Sequence record: PV764603.1
DNA length: 64,000 nucleotides
Strand: one strand, 5' to 3'
Made by a program: the position numbers and the translations under genes. Positions within the stretch are counted from its first letter, which is position 1. Each line of letters opens with the position of its first letter. The notes beneath the pieces were generated by a model. It worked only from the letters and a program-made list of their open reading frames with translations, was not told the origin of the DNA and searched no databases. This document shows positions 20,653 through 30,527 of this stretch, one piece after another.

Positions 20653-21750
20653 ATGCAACACAAGAAGAATTCGTTTGAGGAATTGGCTGCGCTCAAGGGT
20701 CACTTGAAGCCGAATGCTGAGAACGTCATTGATTCATTTACCGGGCGCTACGCCTTCCTGTCTGAGTCCTACCCTGCGCCTATTGAGCATGCAGGTACAG
20801 TGTTCCCTTCGGTGCTACACGCCTTCCAAGCGAGCAAGACCAACGATCGGGCACGTCACGCAATGATCCTCCTGATTGATGATCCCCATGAAGTCAAGAA
20901 GTTCTCGTGGGAAGAGAAGGTGGCATGGCAGTGGATTCGGAAGAAGCTGCGACTGCGACTGGAAATGCGTCGTCAGCAATTCCCCTATGGCAGCACTCTG
21001 GCCCAGCAGTTGATCGACACAGGCGAAGCCAAGATTTACTTCCACAATCGTTTCCTTGATCGGTATTGGGGAGTCACCCGCCGCAAGAATGGTCCGTACA
21101 AGGGAGACAATCATGACGGCTTCATTCTGATGCAGGTGCGCGACGAACTGAATTTCCGGTCCAAGCTGCATGACGCCTACTTCGAGTGCATGGCCAATCC
21201 CGAGAACGCCAACCTGAGTCAAGCGGCTCTGGCGTTGAACGCTTTCGGTGTGCTGGGTATTCCGTTCGCTCACATCTTCGACAACAAGACTGCCTTTGAC
21301 AACTCGGACGTGGTCCCACGTGCGCTGGTGTTGGATGATCGCGTAGAGTTCACTATCGGTACGTACTCGCGCCCTCCTGTCGTCCTGACCATGACGCAGC
21401 TGGTGTCGGGTGCCTTTAGTGAGCACCTGAAACGTGGCCTCGCAGATGGCACACTGAGCATCCAAGGCAACAACGGCCTCAGCGTAGTTCCTCCGCCGAC
21501 CGAGAAGGAACGAGCACTGCACGTCTCCGATACCATCATCAAGATGCTGACGGCAATGGGAGTCACCCGGTACAATGGTGAGCCTACTCAATGTCACACG
21601 CTGGAAGAGTTCAACAGCTGTACGCAGCTGCCGTGTTGGTACATCGACCCTAGCGACCCTATGCACTTCCATGTTCGGTACATGCCTACAGACCCTCAGC
21701 GTGCTATGTGCACTGTCGTTCTGGAGCGTAAGGAAGGTAACGCAGAGTGA
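20653..21750 (+). CDS. NADAR (YbiA-like) domain fused to an unknown C-terminal domain
   Basis: YAFLSESYP, FPSVLHAFQASK, DRYWG, GDNHDGFILMQVRDEL. GGAG RBS before ATG 20653. Confidence 0.75.
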   Translation: MQHKKNSFEELAALKGHLKPNAENVIDSFTGRYAFLSESYPAPIEHAGTVFPSVLHAFQASKTNDRARHAMILLIDDPHEVKKFSWEEKVAWQWIRKKLRLRLEMRRQQFPYGSTLAQQLIDTGEAKIYFHNRFLDRYWGVTRRKNGPYKGDNHDGFILMQVRDELNFRSKLHDAYFECMANPENANLSQAALALNAFGVLGIPFAHIFDNKTAFDNSDVVPRALVLDDRVEFTIGTYSRPPVVLTMTQLVSGAFSEHLKRGLADGTLSIQGNNGLSVVPPPTEKERALHVSDTIIKMLTAMGVTRYNGEPTQCHTLEEFNSCTQLPCWYIDPSDPMHFHVRYMPTDPQRAMCTVVLERKEGNAE

Positions 21751-22790
21751 GCTTCGCCGGAGTATTCATGGGGGACATTCACGCCGACAAACTCGCACAC
21801 CTGTTCGGTGCTGAACGATCCCTTGAATTGCAGTACAACGAGTGGTGCAAGAGTGCCGACTACGCACTTGAGCACGGCATCAAGAATTGGTATCAGATGG
21901 GCGACGTAGCGGATAAGCCACGTCTCTCGGAAGAGGCTCGCGTTTGGCTCCTGCGGTTCATGCACAAGTATGACGGACTGCTGGAGCAGGATTGGATTCT
22001 CGGTAACCACGACACCGAGTACGAGGGCTACCATTCCATGCAGCAGTTTGAGGAAATGGCCAAGATGGGCATGTTCAAGTCCATCCGATTCCATTGCGTC
22101 AAGAAGCAGGTAGTGGTCGGTGGTGTCCCCATCAACTTCCTTCCCTTCCCTGAGAAGAAGGCGATGCCTTATCGGAAGGGAGGTGAGACACTCAATCTTG
22201 CACACCTTGAACGTCCGGGCGCTATTCGTGACAACGGCACGCGTATGGACCTCAACCACGGTACGCCCGAAGAGGGTAGCGATCACTGGGTCATTGGCCA
22301 CCTGCACACGCAGCAGATGATGGGTAACAGCTGGTTCGTAGGCACGCCCTACCAAACTAACTTTGGCGAGTCATTGCCCAAGGGGTTCGGTGTGCTTAGG
22401 GCGAAGCGATTGACTTCGGGTAAACTCAAGATCGAGCGCGAGTTCATCGAGACGCAGCCCGGCTTCACCCTGCACAATCTCAAGGTGGAAAAGGTCAGCG
22501 ACTTGAAGAAGATCGCAGATGACCCGCTCAAGCTCTACAAGGTTGTGGTGAAACGTGGAGTGGAGTTGCCCTACGACGTAGGCGCGCGCCATCCGAACGT
22601 GGTCAATAACGTGGTGACCTACAAGACGGACAGGCAAGCTGAAACCCTGCTGGCTGACACTGACACTGAAATCAAGTTCGGTATCACTGACAACCTGCAT
22701 GGTGAATTGAAGACCCGAGGTCACAACAAGGCGCAGCGCAAGCGCGGCGAAGCCATCGTATCTGAAATCCTTCCCACTATCGGAGTGTAG
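21747..22790 (+). CDS. Mre11/SbcD-like (gp47-like) metallophosphoesterase nuclease
   Basis: GDIH, MGDVAD, GNHD, HLE, GHLH, VGTPYQTNFGE. Confidence 0.88.
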   Translation: MSFAGVFMGDIHADKLAHLFGAERSLELQYNEWCKSADYALEHGIKNWYQMGDVADKPRLSEEARVWLLRFMHKYDGLLEQDWILGNHDTEYEGYHSMQQFEEMAKMGMFKSIRFHCVKKQVVVGGVPINFLPFPEKKAMPYRKGGETLNLAHLERPGAIRDNGTRMDLNHGTPEEGSDHWVIGHLHTQQMMGNSWFVGTPYQTNFGESLPKGFGVLRAKRLTSGKLKIEREFIETQPGFTLHNLKVEKVSDLKKIADDPLKLYKVVVKRGVELPYDVGARHPNVVNNVVTYKTDRQAETLLADTDTEIKFGITDNLHGELKTRGHNKAQRKRGEAIVSEILPTIGV

Positions 22791-22792
22791 TC

Positions 22793-23053
22793 ATGAGCGT
22801 CAACAATGAACCTGTAAAGGTTCCTGAGAGCGTGCAGTCTGCACGATTCATCAAGAGCAAGGACGGGACTTTAGCCCGTGTGGTGATACTTCCTACCGCA
22901 CCCAGCCACAGTGCAATCACGTCTGACGAACGTATGATGTTGGATATGAGCGACCACATCGAGTATCTGGAACTAATGCTCACAGCCGCAGGCGTACCCT
23001 TCAACCCTTATGGGCTACCACCTGCTCCCGTAAACAAGGAACAAGGAAATTGA
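22793..23053 (+). CDS. Hypothetical protein
   Basis: 86 aa co-oriented ORF. Confidence 0.55.
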   Translation: MSVNNEPVKVPESVQSARFIKSKDGTLARVVILPTAPSHSAITSDERMMLDMSDHIEYLELMLTAAGVPFNPYGLPPAPVNKEQGN

Positions 23054-23054
23054 A

Positions 23055-23912
23055 ATGTCACTGAGTAATCACGCACGACGCGAACTGGAACTGGCGGGCC
23101 TACTGAGCCCGGAGAGTGACTACGGCGGTATGCTTGGCGATGCCGTGCTCCAGCTGATCGACACCTTCTCTGCGCAAGGCCACAGCGGCGCAAGTGCAGA
23201 GGTTGTAATCGACCTATTTAGCCGGGTCGCCCGCTACGAAATCCTGACGCCCATCGTTGAGGATAAACCGGAGGATTGGCATGACGTGTCAGAGCCCAGC
23301 GGATACCCGTGCTTCCAGCACCGTCGCCTGAGCCGACTGTTCAAGGACGGCGAGGGTGTGATGCGCCTGCATGGTGCAGTGGTCAGCATCGACCCCTCGG
23401 GCGAACGCTTCCACGGTCCTGCTATCGAGGTCAAGCTGCCGATCATGTCCGACGTCAAGGAACGTCACGTTGACTTTGATGGCAACGAGATTCCGCAGGT
23501 TGTGTGGGAGCGTCTGAACTCTGAGCACCGCGAACTGCTGGACGTTGGCGTCGAAGAGATTGATGACCTCGACGCGCGCAACCTTGTGGTGGAGGAACTG
23601 ATTCCGGTGCCGACCACGCTGACCGGAAGTGACGCAGCACTCGAAGCGGTTCAGTACGCCCACGATCACGAAAAGATTCTCTACACTTCGGTTGACGGCC
23701 TCAAGACTCTGCTGCTCAACGAGAAATTCCTTGCTGATTGGCAGCCCGCAAAGCAGTACAGCCTCATGATCGGGCGCGGCTACTGCGGTACGTGGCATGG
23801 CACTCCTGTTGTGACCACTGGCTATCTTGACCCGACCAAGTACAACCATCTGATCGGTATCGAAGGTCTGTACTTCACCACTGCTGTATCCACTGATAAC
23901 GAGGAAAACTAA
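23055..23912 (+). CDS. Conserved phage hypothetical protein
   Basis: N-terminal HARRELELAG...FSAQGHSGASA...LTP motif, a pattern I recognise from phage hypotheticals; AAGGA RBS. Confidence 0.65.
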   Translation: MSLSNHARRELELAGLLSPESDYGGMLGDAVLQLIDTFSAQGHSGASAEVVIDLFSRVARYEILTPIVEDKPEDWHDVSEPSGYPCFQHRRLSRLFKDGEGVMRLHGAVVSIDPSGERFHGPAIEVKLPIMSDVKERHVDFDGNEIPQVVWERLNSEHRELLDVGVEEIDDLDARNLVVEELIPVPTTLTGSDAALEAVQYAHDHEKILYTSVDGLKTLLLNEKFLADWQPAKQYSLMIGRGYCGTWHGTPVVTTGYLDPTKYNHLIGIEGLYFTTAVSTDNEEN

Positions 23913-24490
23913 TGGCTACTCCGCGCAAGAAGAAGTCGGCTGCACCGAAGGCAAAGAAGGTAGTGAAGCCTGCCAAGCCTGCCAAGACCTTGACCCTGAC
24001 GGACAAGTTCATCAACGGCATCATCAACGGTGACACCCCGCTGACCCATGACCAGCTGGAACTGCTCCAGCGTGCGGTGCTGGTGGCAGATGGCGACGAA
24101 CCTGCTGCGGCCGAAGTGGAAAGCAACGCGGTGTCTATCAGCGAGTCCCCGAGGGTGTGGAAGTCGTCGGATCCGGTGAAGCAGGCAGAGCGCAGCGTCA
24201 CCAACCTCCTGAGCGATGATGCAGCTGATTGCTGTGAACTCTCGGTGTACAGTGTGGGCAGCCTGCTGACCTACGTGGAATCGGAGTTCAATCAACTGAC
24301 TGGCGCTCTGAGTCATACGGAGGACATGCTCTATCCTGTGCTCAACACTGACGTGCTGGGTATTCCGACTGAATTCGCTGAGACGCCGGATAACGTTGCG
24401 TCCAACAACCGCACCCTGATCCGACTGCTGAACAACATCCGCAAACTGCGCGGTGAAGTCTACAGTCTCACCCATCGTATCAGCCTGTAA
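23912..24490 (+). CDS. Helical hypothetical protein with Lys-rich N-terminal tail (paralog of next gene)
   Basis: MATPRKKKSAAPKAKK start; C-terminal half resembles 24501..24854. Confidence 0.65.
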   Translation: MATPRKKKSAAPKAKKVVKPAKPAKTLTLTDKFINGIINGDTPLTHDQLELLQRAVLVADGDEPAAAEVESNAVSISESPRVWKSSDPVKQAERSVTNLLSDDAADCCELSVYSVGSLLTYVESEFNQLTGALSHTEDMLYPVLNTDVLGIPTEFAETPDNVASNNRTLIRLLNNIRKLRGEVYSLTHRISL

Positions 24491-24500
24491 GGAACGAACA

Positions 24501-24854
24501 ATGGCTAACCCACGCATTCCCGGTAAGCTCTCCGGCAAACTCCCCGCTGACAGCAAGGTTGTCGTCACTGGCGTCAAGCGTATCGCTTCGGAAAGCACTG
24601 ATCCTCTGCCGCCGTCCTCGGTCCGCTCCTTGATCCAGTCGATTGACAGCGAACTGCGCAACCTGCACGACAACATCACCGAGGTCAACGACACGTTCTC
24701 CATCGTGCTGACTGACGAAGCTTCGGTCAAGGATGAAGCCAAGATCGCGGATGCTTCATCGTCCGATCTTGTCAACACCCTACTCTCCATGCGTGATCGA
24801 ATCGTTGAGGCACGCTTCCGTCTTATCTCGCTGGTGGAGCGGTCCTCTCTGTGA
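24501..24854 (+). CDS. Helical hypothetical protein (paralog of previous gene)
   Basis: AAGGA RBS, ATG 24501. Confidence 0.65.
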   Translation: MANPRIPGKLSGKLPADSKVVVTGVKRIASESTDPLPPSSVRSLIQSIDSELRNLHDNITEVNDTFSIVLTDEASVKDEAKIADASSSDLVNTLLSMRDRIVEARFRLISLVERSSL

Positions 24855-25717
24855 TTCACCTGTACGATGGCAGCTATTTCGCACATCGTAACTTCCACGG
24901 GATGCCCAAGCTGACCAACAGCAAGGGCAAACCCGTTGGCATGCTGGTCGGTGCTGCGTCTGCGATTCACAAGCTGGCCGCAGACAAGAAGATGGGTCCA
25001 ACCTTGTTCGCCTTTGACATTGGCAAGTGCAAGTGGCGTGCAAAGCTGGTCCCTACGTACAAAGCAAATCGTGTGCACGACCCAGACATTGGGGTGCAGA
25101 TGAAAGTGCTGATGGACATTGTTGCAGCCTATGGCATCAAGACGTGGGCGAAGGCTGGAGTGGAAGCGGACGACGTGATCGGTACAGTGACACGCATGGC
25201 CTTAGAGCAAGGCGCACGCGTCCGCATCCATACTGGCGACAAGGATATGAACCAGCTTCTGAAAGGAACCAAGGTAGACATTATCCATCCAGTGTCGGGG
25301 AAGATCACTACTGAGGCAACACTCAAGAAGGAGTTTGGTTTCGGTGCTGCACGTTTTGTTGACTACCTAGCGTTGATGGGAGACAGCACTGACGGTTACC
25401 CCGGCCTTCCTGACTGTGGACCGAAGACGGCCAAGGCGTTGCTTTCTGCCGGTGGATCGGTTAAGGCCATGCTGGCTGACCCGAAGACCGCAGGCAAGCT
25501 TGCCAAGACTGTCAAGGCCAATCTGGAAACGCTGGAGGCTAACTACAAGGTGGCGCGCATCCGTCGCAAGATCGCGCTACCGTTCAGTGTGGACGACTTG
25601 ACACCTACCAAGATCGACACGGAAAAACTGCTGGAGATATTCGACAAATGGGAACTGAATGCAGCAGCCAAGAGGGTGAAGGAAATCAAGAACAGACCGA
25701 AGGGTCTGTTCGGGTAG
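24851..25717 (+). CDS. 5'-3' exonuclease / flap endonuclease (PolI N-terminal / T4 RNase H-like)
   Basis: LYDGSY, AFD, YKANR, EADDVIGT, TGDKDMNQL, LALMGDSTDGYPG..DCGPKTA. Confidence 0.93.
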   Translation: MIHLYDGSYFAHRNFHGMPKLTNSKGKPVGMLVGAASAIHKLAADKKMGPTLFAFDIGKCKWRAKLVPTYKANRVHDPDIGVQMKVLMDIVAAYGIKTWAKAGVEADDVIGTVTRMALEQGARVRIHTGDKDMNQLLKGTKVDIIHPVSGKITTEATLKKEFGFGAARFVDYLALMGDSTDGYPGLPDCGPKTAKALLSAGGSVKAMLADPKTAGKLAKTVKANLETLEANYKVARIRRKIALPFSVDDLTPTKIDTEKLLEIFDKWELNAAAKRVKEIKNRPKGLFG

Positions 25718-25886
25718 AGTGGGCAGAAGATCAGTCGAAGCTGCCGGACTGGTTCATTGACCAAGCATTACCTCCCGGCACTATCGACAATCGCTGTGTG
25801 GAAGTGGATGGCAAATCGTATGCCATCACTAACATCACTGACCCGCGTAGCCTACACGCCATCATCGCATACATGAGGAACTATCA

Positions 25887-26198
25887 ATGAGTGAACGTGC
25901 ACCTGTAAAGCTGGACTACGTGCGTGATATTCTGCCGTGCATCGGCGAGGTTCGTTACGACCGTATCCCCGGCACCACCATCACCGTCTGCACCATTGAC
26001 GTGCTGCGGGATGGCAAGTCGGTTGGCTTCCCGGTGACTGGTCAGAGCGCATGCGTATGTGACGGCCAGTTCAACGCGCAGTTCGGGGAAGAGGCCGCGT
26101 TCAAGCAGGCCACCAACAAGATTTGGGAGTTGGAAGGCTACCGACTGGCCCATCGGATCATTGAGCAGGGCGACCATCCTGCCACTTACGAAGGTTGA
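25887..26198 (+). CDS. Phage Gp49-like (N4 gp49/Sf6 gp66-type) protein
   Basis: ITVC...GFPVTGQSACV..QFNAQFGEEAAF..A.NKIWELEGYRL. Confidence 0.7.
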   Translation: MSERAPVKLDYVRDILPCIGEVRYDRIPGTTITVCTIDVLRDGKSVGFPVTGQSACVCDGQFNAQFGEEAAFKQATNKIWELEGYRLAHRIIEQGDHPATYEG

Positions 26199-26205
26199 AA
26201 CCGAG

Positions 26206-26236
26206 GCTCCATTCCCTAGCGGGATGGGGCCTTTTT
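26206..26236 (+). terminator. Intrinsic terminator
   Basis: Imperfect stem aggctccattccc/gggatggggcct plus T-run. Confidence 0.7.
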
Positions 26237-26246
26237 CGTATTCGGA

Positions 26247-26258
26247 ATCCTGTAAATA
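26247..26258 (+). promoter_or_regulatory. ATCCTGTAAATA promoter-like motif
   Basis: Intergenic, just after the terminator and before the clamp-loader gene. Confidence 0.65.
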
Positions 26259-26262
26259 ATCA

Positions 26263-27540
26263 GTGGCAGATGCCTCCATTGGAGAACCCGAAGTGAGCGA
26301 CACGAAGAGTAAGAAGAAGTCCAAGAACAAGGATGGGAAGGTCAAGAAGAAGTCCAAGTCTACGGAGGTTGCAGTACCCGTAAGCGATACGGTGGACAAT
26401 CGCAGCCTCGCTGTGCGCTGGCGTCCGAAGGACATTGATGACCTCGTTGGTCAGACGGAGATCATCAACAAGTTCAGGGGCATGTTGAAGACCAAGAAGA
26501 TTCCGGGCGCGATCCTGCTGGTCGGTCCCACTGGCTGTGGCAAGACCACTGTTAGCCAGATGATCGCTCGGTACGTCAACTGCGAAACCATGAACGCATG
26601 TGGCAAGTGTCAGAACTGCCTGATGCCGATTGAGTCCCATCCTGACTACGAGCAGGTGAATGCTTCGGAGAAGCGTGGCATCGACGACGTGCGCGCGATC
26701 ATCCAGCGCAGCAAGAACCGTCCGCGCCTCGGTAACCTTCGCATCCTGCATCTGGACGAAGTGCACCAGCTTACACCACAGGCTGCTGAGGCCCTGCTGG
26801 TGCCTCTGGAGAAGCCACCGGAACAGACGCTGTATATCCTGAGCACCACCGATCCGCAGATGCTCAAGCAGACGATGCGCAATCGCTGTGTGCCGATGAA
26901 CATCCAGCTGGTGCCGACGGCGGACGTAATCAAGCGCATCAAGTTCATCGCAGGGAAGGAGAACATCAAGGTCGGGGATGAGGTGATCGAGCATCTGGCC
27001 AACCTGTCGCAGGGTTACATGCGTGACAGCGTGCAGTTGCTGGAAGCTGTGCAGATGCAGCTGGCTAACAACCCGAAGCTCAGTGCCGACGAACTCAAGG
27101 CCATCTTGAGCAACAACGCACAAGCTGGTGGTCAGGAAGGTTTGGACGACCTAGCGATCAAGGTGCTGACTGCGTGCTACGGGCTCAATCGTGTTGGCGT
27201 CGCCAAGTACATGCTCGACCTGCGTACCGATTGGGTGCCGTTCCTGTCCAAGTGCATCTGGCTGAATCAGTACATCGTGGATGCGGAACTGACCAAGAAC
27301 ATGCGCTACCACCCGAACGTGTGGCATAACCCACTCAACAAGCGCTTCGCGTCTGTCATCAAGAACTCGGTCGAGGGCTTCGATCCCAGCAAGGGCAAGG
27401 TGATTGAAATGCTCGCATCGTTGCAGCGTACCCTGATCGACCTCCGACAGAAGTGCATCAGTGGCGGCATTGCCAGCGTCGAGCGGATGATGATTACCTC
27501 CCACCTGATCGGCTGGGTTGTGGATTCCAAGAAGGGATAA
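26263..27540 (+). CDS. dnaX: DNA polymerase III gamma/tau-like clamp loader subunit
   Basis: RWRPKDIDDLVGQ, Walker A GPTGCGKTT, zinc C...CGKCQNC, NASEKRGIDDVR, LDEVHQLT..AAEALL.PLEKPP, NRC. Confidence 0.88.
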   Translation: MADASIGEPEVSDTKSKKKSKNKDGKVKKKSKSTEVAVPVSDTVDNRSLAVRWRPKDIDDLVGQTEIINKFRGMLKTKKIPGAILLVGPTGCGKTTVSQMIARYVNCETMNACGKCQNCLMPIESHPDYEQVNASEKRGIDDVRAIIQRSKNRPRLGNLRILHLDEVHQLTPQAAEALLVPLEKPPEQTLYILSTTDPQMLKQTMRNRCVPMNIQLVPTADVIKRIKFIAGKENIKVGDEVIEHLANLSQGYMRDSVQLLEAVQMQLANNPKLSADELKAILSNNAQAGGQEGLDDLAIKVLTACYGLNRVGVAKYMLDLRTDWVPFLSKCIWLNQYIVDAELTKNMRYHPNVWHNPLNKRFASVIKNSVEGFDPSKGKVIEMLASLQRTLIDLRQKCISGGIASVERMMITSHLIGWVVDSKKG

Positions 27541-27779
27541 TGAGCAAGGTCATTGAATACGTCGGGGACGACGCTATGGAGCGGCTGTGCAAAGACATGG
27601 CCGCAGACGTGTTGCAACACACTGATCCATTCAAACGGGCAACCGTGTACGAAGATTTACGCTTGACCCGCAAGATATTCATTAAGCTGCCTTTGGGATG
27701 GCACGAAGTAGTGGGCTTCCACGTCATCGGTACCACTCCTGAAACTGTGCAGCCACTACTCACTATGGTGAACAGATGA
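27540..27779 (+). CDS. Hypothetical protein
   Basis: TAATG overlap with the clamp loader. Confidence 0.55.
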   Translation: MSKVIEYVGDDAMERLCKDMAADVLQHTDPFKRATVYEDLRLTRKIFIKLPLGWHEVVGFHVIGTTPETVQPLLTMVNR

Positions 27780-28219
27780 ACACCGATAAGAGCGCCACGA
27801 CCGAAGCTTTCACCAAGCGTAACGCCAACCGAAAGAAAGACAATCAAGTAGCCACAGCAAAACGGGATCGCCGTGATGCTCGCCGCAAGACAGTCAAGCT
27901 GGCCCGTAAGGTGGAGCATCTTGAAGGGGAAGTGATTCGGTTGCGCTCAGAAAAGTCTGCCGCGCTGCGCGACGTTCAAATGTTGGGAGCAGAGAACAGC
28001 ACGCTGGAGGTGGAGGTGGAAACGCTAACCGCCACCATCGCCGAGCAGGCCGAAGAGTTGGCTGAGGTGTACGCCAAGAAGCACGATGCCGAACGCCAAG
28101 CCCGTGAGTGGATGCTGGCTCGTGGTTGGTGGAAGCGACAGGCAGGGTTGCTGACGTGTGGTGTGATCGGTCTGTTTATCACCATGATGGCCCTCATCTT
28201 CAAGAGTAACAATGGCTAA
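27776..28219 (+). CDS. Coiled-coil protein with C-terminal membrane anchor
   Basis: Heptad-like helix followed by hydrophobic LLTCGVIGLFITMMALIF. Confidence 0.6.
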   Translation: MNTDKSATTEAFTKRNANRKKDNQVATAKRDRRDARRKTVKLARKVEHLEGEVIRLRSEKSAALRDVQMLGAENSTLEVEVETLTATIAEQAEELAEVYAKKHDAERQAREWMLARGWWKRQAGLLTCGVIGLFITMMALIFKSNNG

Positions 28220-30527
28220 GAAGCAGAAGCTGGGGTGGCGATTCGGCCACCTCAGCCTCACCAACGTTGTGTATTTCAAGAAGGCGGAGTTAGACCTCGG
28301 GTACGAGGGCACCACCGTCATCAAAGGTCTGAACAAGAACTCTCGGCTCAAGCGCAAGACCAGCAACGGCGTAGGTAAGTCGGTGTTGGTTGCATCCCTT
28401 GCTAACGTGGTGCGCAACTCGGCACCAGCACTCAGCATCGGCAAGCGCAACAGTGGTGCCAAAACTAGCCTGTTAATCAAACCGAACAGCGCAATTGAGT
28501 TTGACGTTCGGTGTAATGGCAATGACTACGGCATCAAGAAGTACCGGGATAAGTCTGCGTCAGTGAAGTATCAGATCACCGAGAACGGTAAGGACATGAA
28601 GTTCCCTACCGCGACCAAGGCCGAAGCGCACATCGCTGACACCCTGTTCCCTATTTCGGATGATGAGTTCTACAGTTACGTCTATCTGCATGGCACCCGC
28701 ACCTTCCCGTTGCAGATGGGCACCTCCACGGATCGTATGCAGTTCTTCTCTGATATGTTCCGGTTGGAGAAGTTCGACTTGGTACGCGCGGCATGTAATG
28801 CACGACGCAACGAGTTGAAGGACAGCGAGATTCGGATCAAGGAGCTACGCAAGCAGCTGGCTGCCTTGGACGAAGAAGCGGGACGCGTAGACATTGATAT
28901 GCTGCGCGCTAGGGCTGTCAAGTATCAGGGCAAGATCAAGAAGCTGGAGAAGAAGGTCAAACGACTGCGTAGTCGCCAGCGCATCTACACGGTCTACACC
29001 ACGCATGCGAAGGAATGGGAGAAGCTGGATCACAGCATTCCGTTGAAGGACCAGCTGAAACAGGTCAGCGCCAAGATCACGAAGTTGGATGACGCTGCAA
29101 CCGCATGGCGCAAGTACGAACGCCACCAAGATGACTTGACTCGCTGGAAGGCCGAGTACCTCAAGGCCACTGAGAAGGCGGGTAAGCTCACGCTGGAAAA
29201 GTGCAGGGAGAAAATCGAAAGCGCCAAGAGGGCGGACCGTGATGCACGTCGAGCACTGGATGGGCTGCGCAAGCCGACCCAACCCGAGGCCGTAGCCAAG
29301 GCCACGTTCAACCCTGCTGACTACGGGTTGGAAGGCGACACGTTCAAGCACTGGATCGTGGCAGCCGATAAGGAACGTGCGCGCTTTGAAGCACTGATCG
29401 GTCTACAGAAGCAGATCAACAAGATCGGTAGCAAGGGTGGCAAGTGTTTCGTGTGTGGCTCGAAAGGCGGGAAAGTCACTGACCATCTTCCCGAGTACGA
29501 GAATCAGGCGAAGCGCTGGCGCAAGGCAACAGAGCGGATCGAAGCAGCACGGGACTACGCTGAGTATCAGGAAGAGGCAGCAGAGTACGAGAAGGAACTG
29601 TCGGCATTCAAGAAGCAGCGCAAGAAGCTGCAAGCGATCCTTGATGACTTGCCCGACGTGTCCAAGTATGAGAAGGCCATCAAGTATCTGGAATGGCTGG
29701 AAGAGAATCCCAAGCCCAAGTGGAAGGGCGACGTTCCTGAGAAGCCCAGCACCAAGGCACGTGACAAGTTGGTTGCACAGCAGTCGGTGATCCGCACCCT
29801 GCTACCTGTTGAAGAACAGTTGAGGGAAGCGGCGCAGATCGACGTTGAGGAACTCCGATCGGCTGACAAGGAATATGAGTCGGTAAGCAAGAAGCTGTCT
29901 AACATGGTGGCCAAGAACGCGGAGCTTGCACCTCGCATTGAGTATCAGGAAAAGCTGCTGCGCGCCATCAAGCAGCTTCGGGCACAGGTACGCAACATTG
30001 GCGCAGACTTGGAAGACCTCCCGATCCTCGATAGCCTGATCGACATTTACTCCAAGAACGGCCGCAAGTTGGAGGTGATGAAACAGTTCGCCCTGAGTCT
30101 AGAGCACCACATGAACGCTAACGCCCCGCTGGTGTTCCCGGAGCCTATGCGTTTTGAGTTCGTGGTGCAGGCGAACAACTTTAGCATCAACGTCACCCGA
30201 GGGACTGGCAAGGAAGCGCTGACTTCTGACGTTCGGTTCCTTAGTGGTGCCGAGAGTAAGCAGTTCAACCTGTGCCTAGTGAAGTCCCTGCTTCCGATGA
30301 TCCCTGCCTCGCGCCGTGCCAACATCATTGTGCTGGACGAATGCGAAGCGAATCTCAGCGAGGCAGCGCGTGACCTGTATGTCAACGACTTCATCCCAGC
30401 ATTGCAAAAGGTAGTGCCTCACGTCATCGTCATCACTCCACTAGATGACGTATACCCATCCGCCCGAGTCTTCACCGTGGTCAAGGATGGCAACGAATCC
30501 AAACTCATTTCAACGGGTATGTCATGA
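28212..30527 (+). CDS. Rad50/SbcC-like (gp46-like) ATPase
   Basis: Walker A SNGVGKS, long coiled coil with CFVC zinc hook, signature LSGAES, Walker B IIVLDECEANL. Confidence 0.9.
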   Translation: MAKKQKLGWRFGHLSLTNVVYFKKAELDLGYEGTTVIKGLNKNSRLKRKTSNGVGKSVLVASLANVVRNSAPALSIGKRNSGAKTSLLIKPNSAIEFDVRCNGNDYGIKKYRDKSASVKYQITENGKDMKFPTATKAEAHIADTLFPISDDEFYSYVYLHGTRTFPLQMGTSTDRMQFFSDMFRLEKFDLVRAACNARRNELKDSEIRIKELRKQLAALDEEAGRVDIDMLRARAVKYQGKIKKLEKKVKRLRSRQRIYTVYTTHAKEWEKLDHSIPLKDQLKQVSAKITKLDDAATAWRKYERHQDDLTRWKAEYLKATEKAGKLTLEKCREKIESAKRADRDARRALDGLRKPTQPEAVAKATFNPADYGLEGDTFKHWIVAADKERARFEALIGLQKQINKIGSKGGKCFVCGSKGGKVTDHLPEYENQAKRWRKATERIEAARDYAEYQEEAAEYEKELSAFKKQRKKLQAILDDLPDVSKYEKAIKYLEWLEENPKPKWKGDVPEKPSTKARDKLVAQQSVIRTLLPVEEQLREAAQIDVEELRSADKEYESVSKKLSNMVAKNAELAPRIEYQEKLLRAIKQLRAQVRNIGADLEDLPILDSLIDIYSKNGRKLEVMKQFALSLEHHMNANAPLVFPEPMRFEFVVQANNFSINVTRGTGKEALTSDVRFLSGAESKQFNLCLVKSLLPMIPASRRANIIVLDECEANLSEAARDLYVNDFIPALQKVVPHVIVITPLDDVYPSARVFTVVKDGNESKLISTGMS

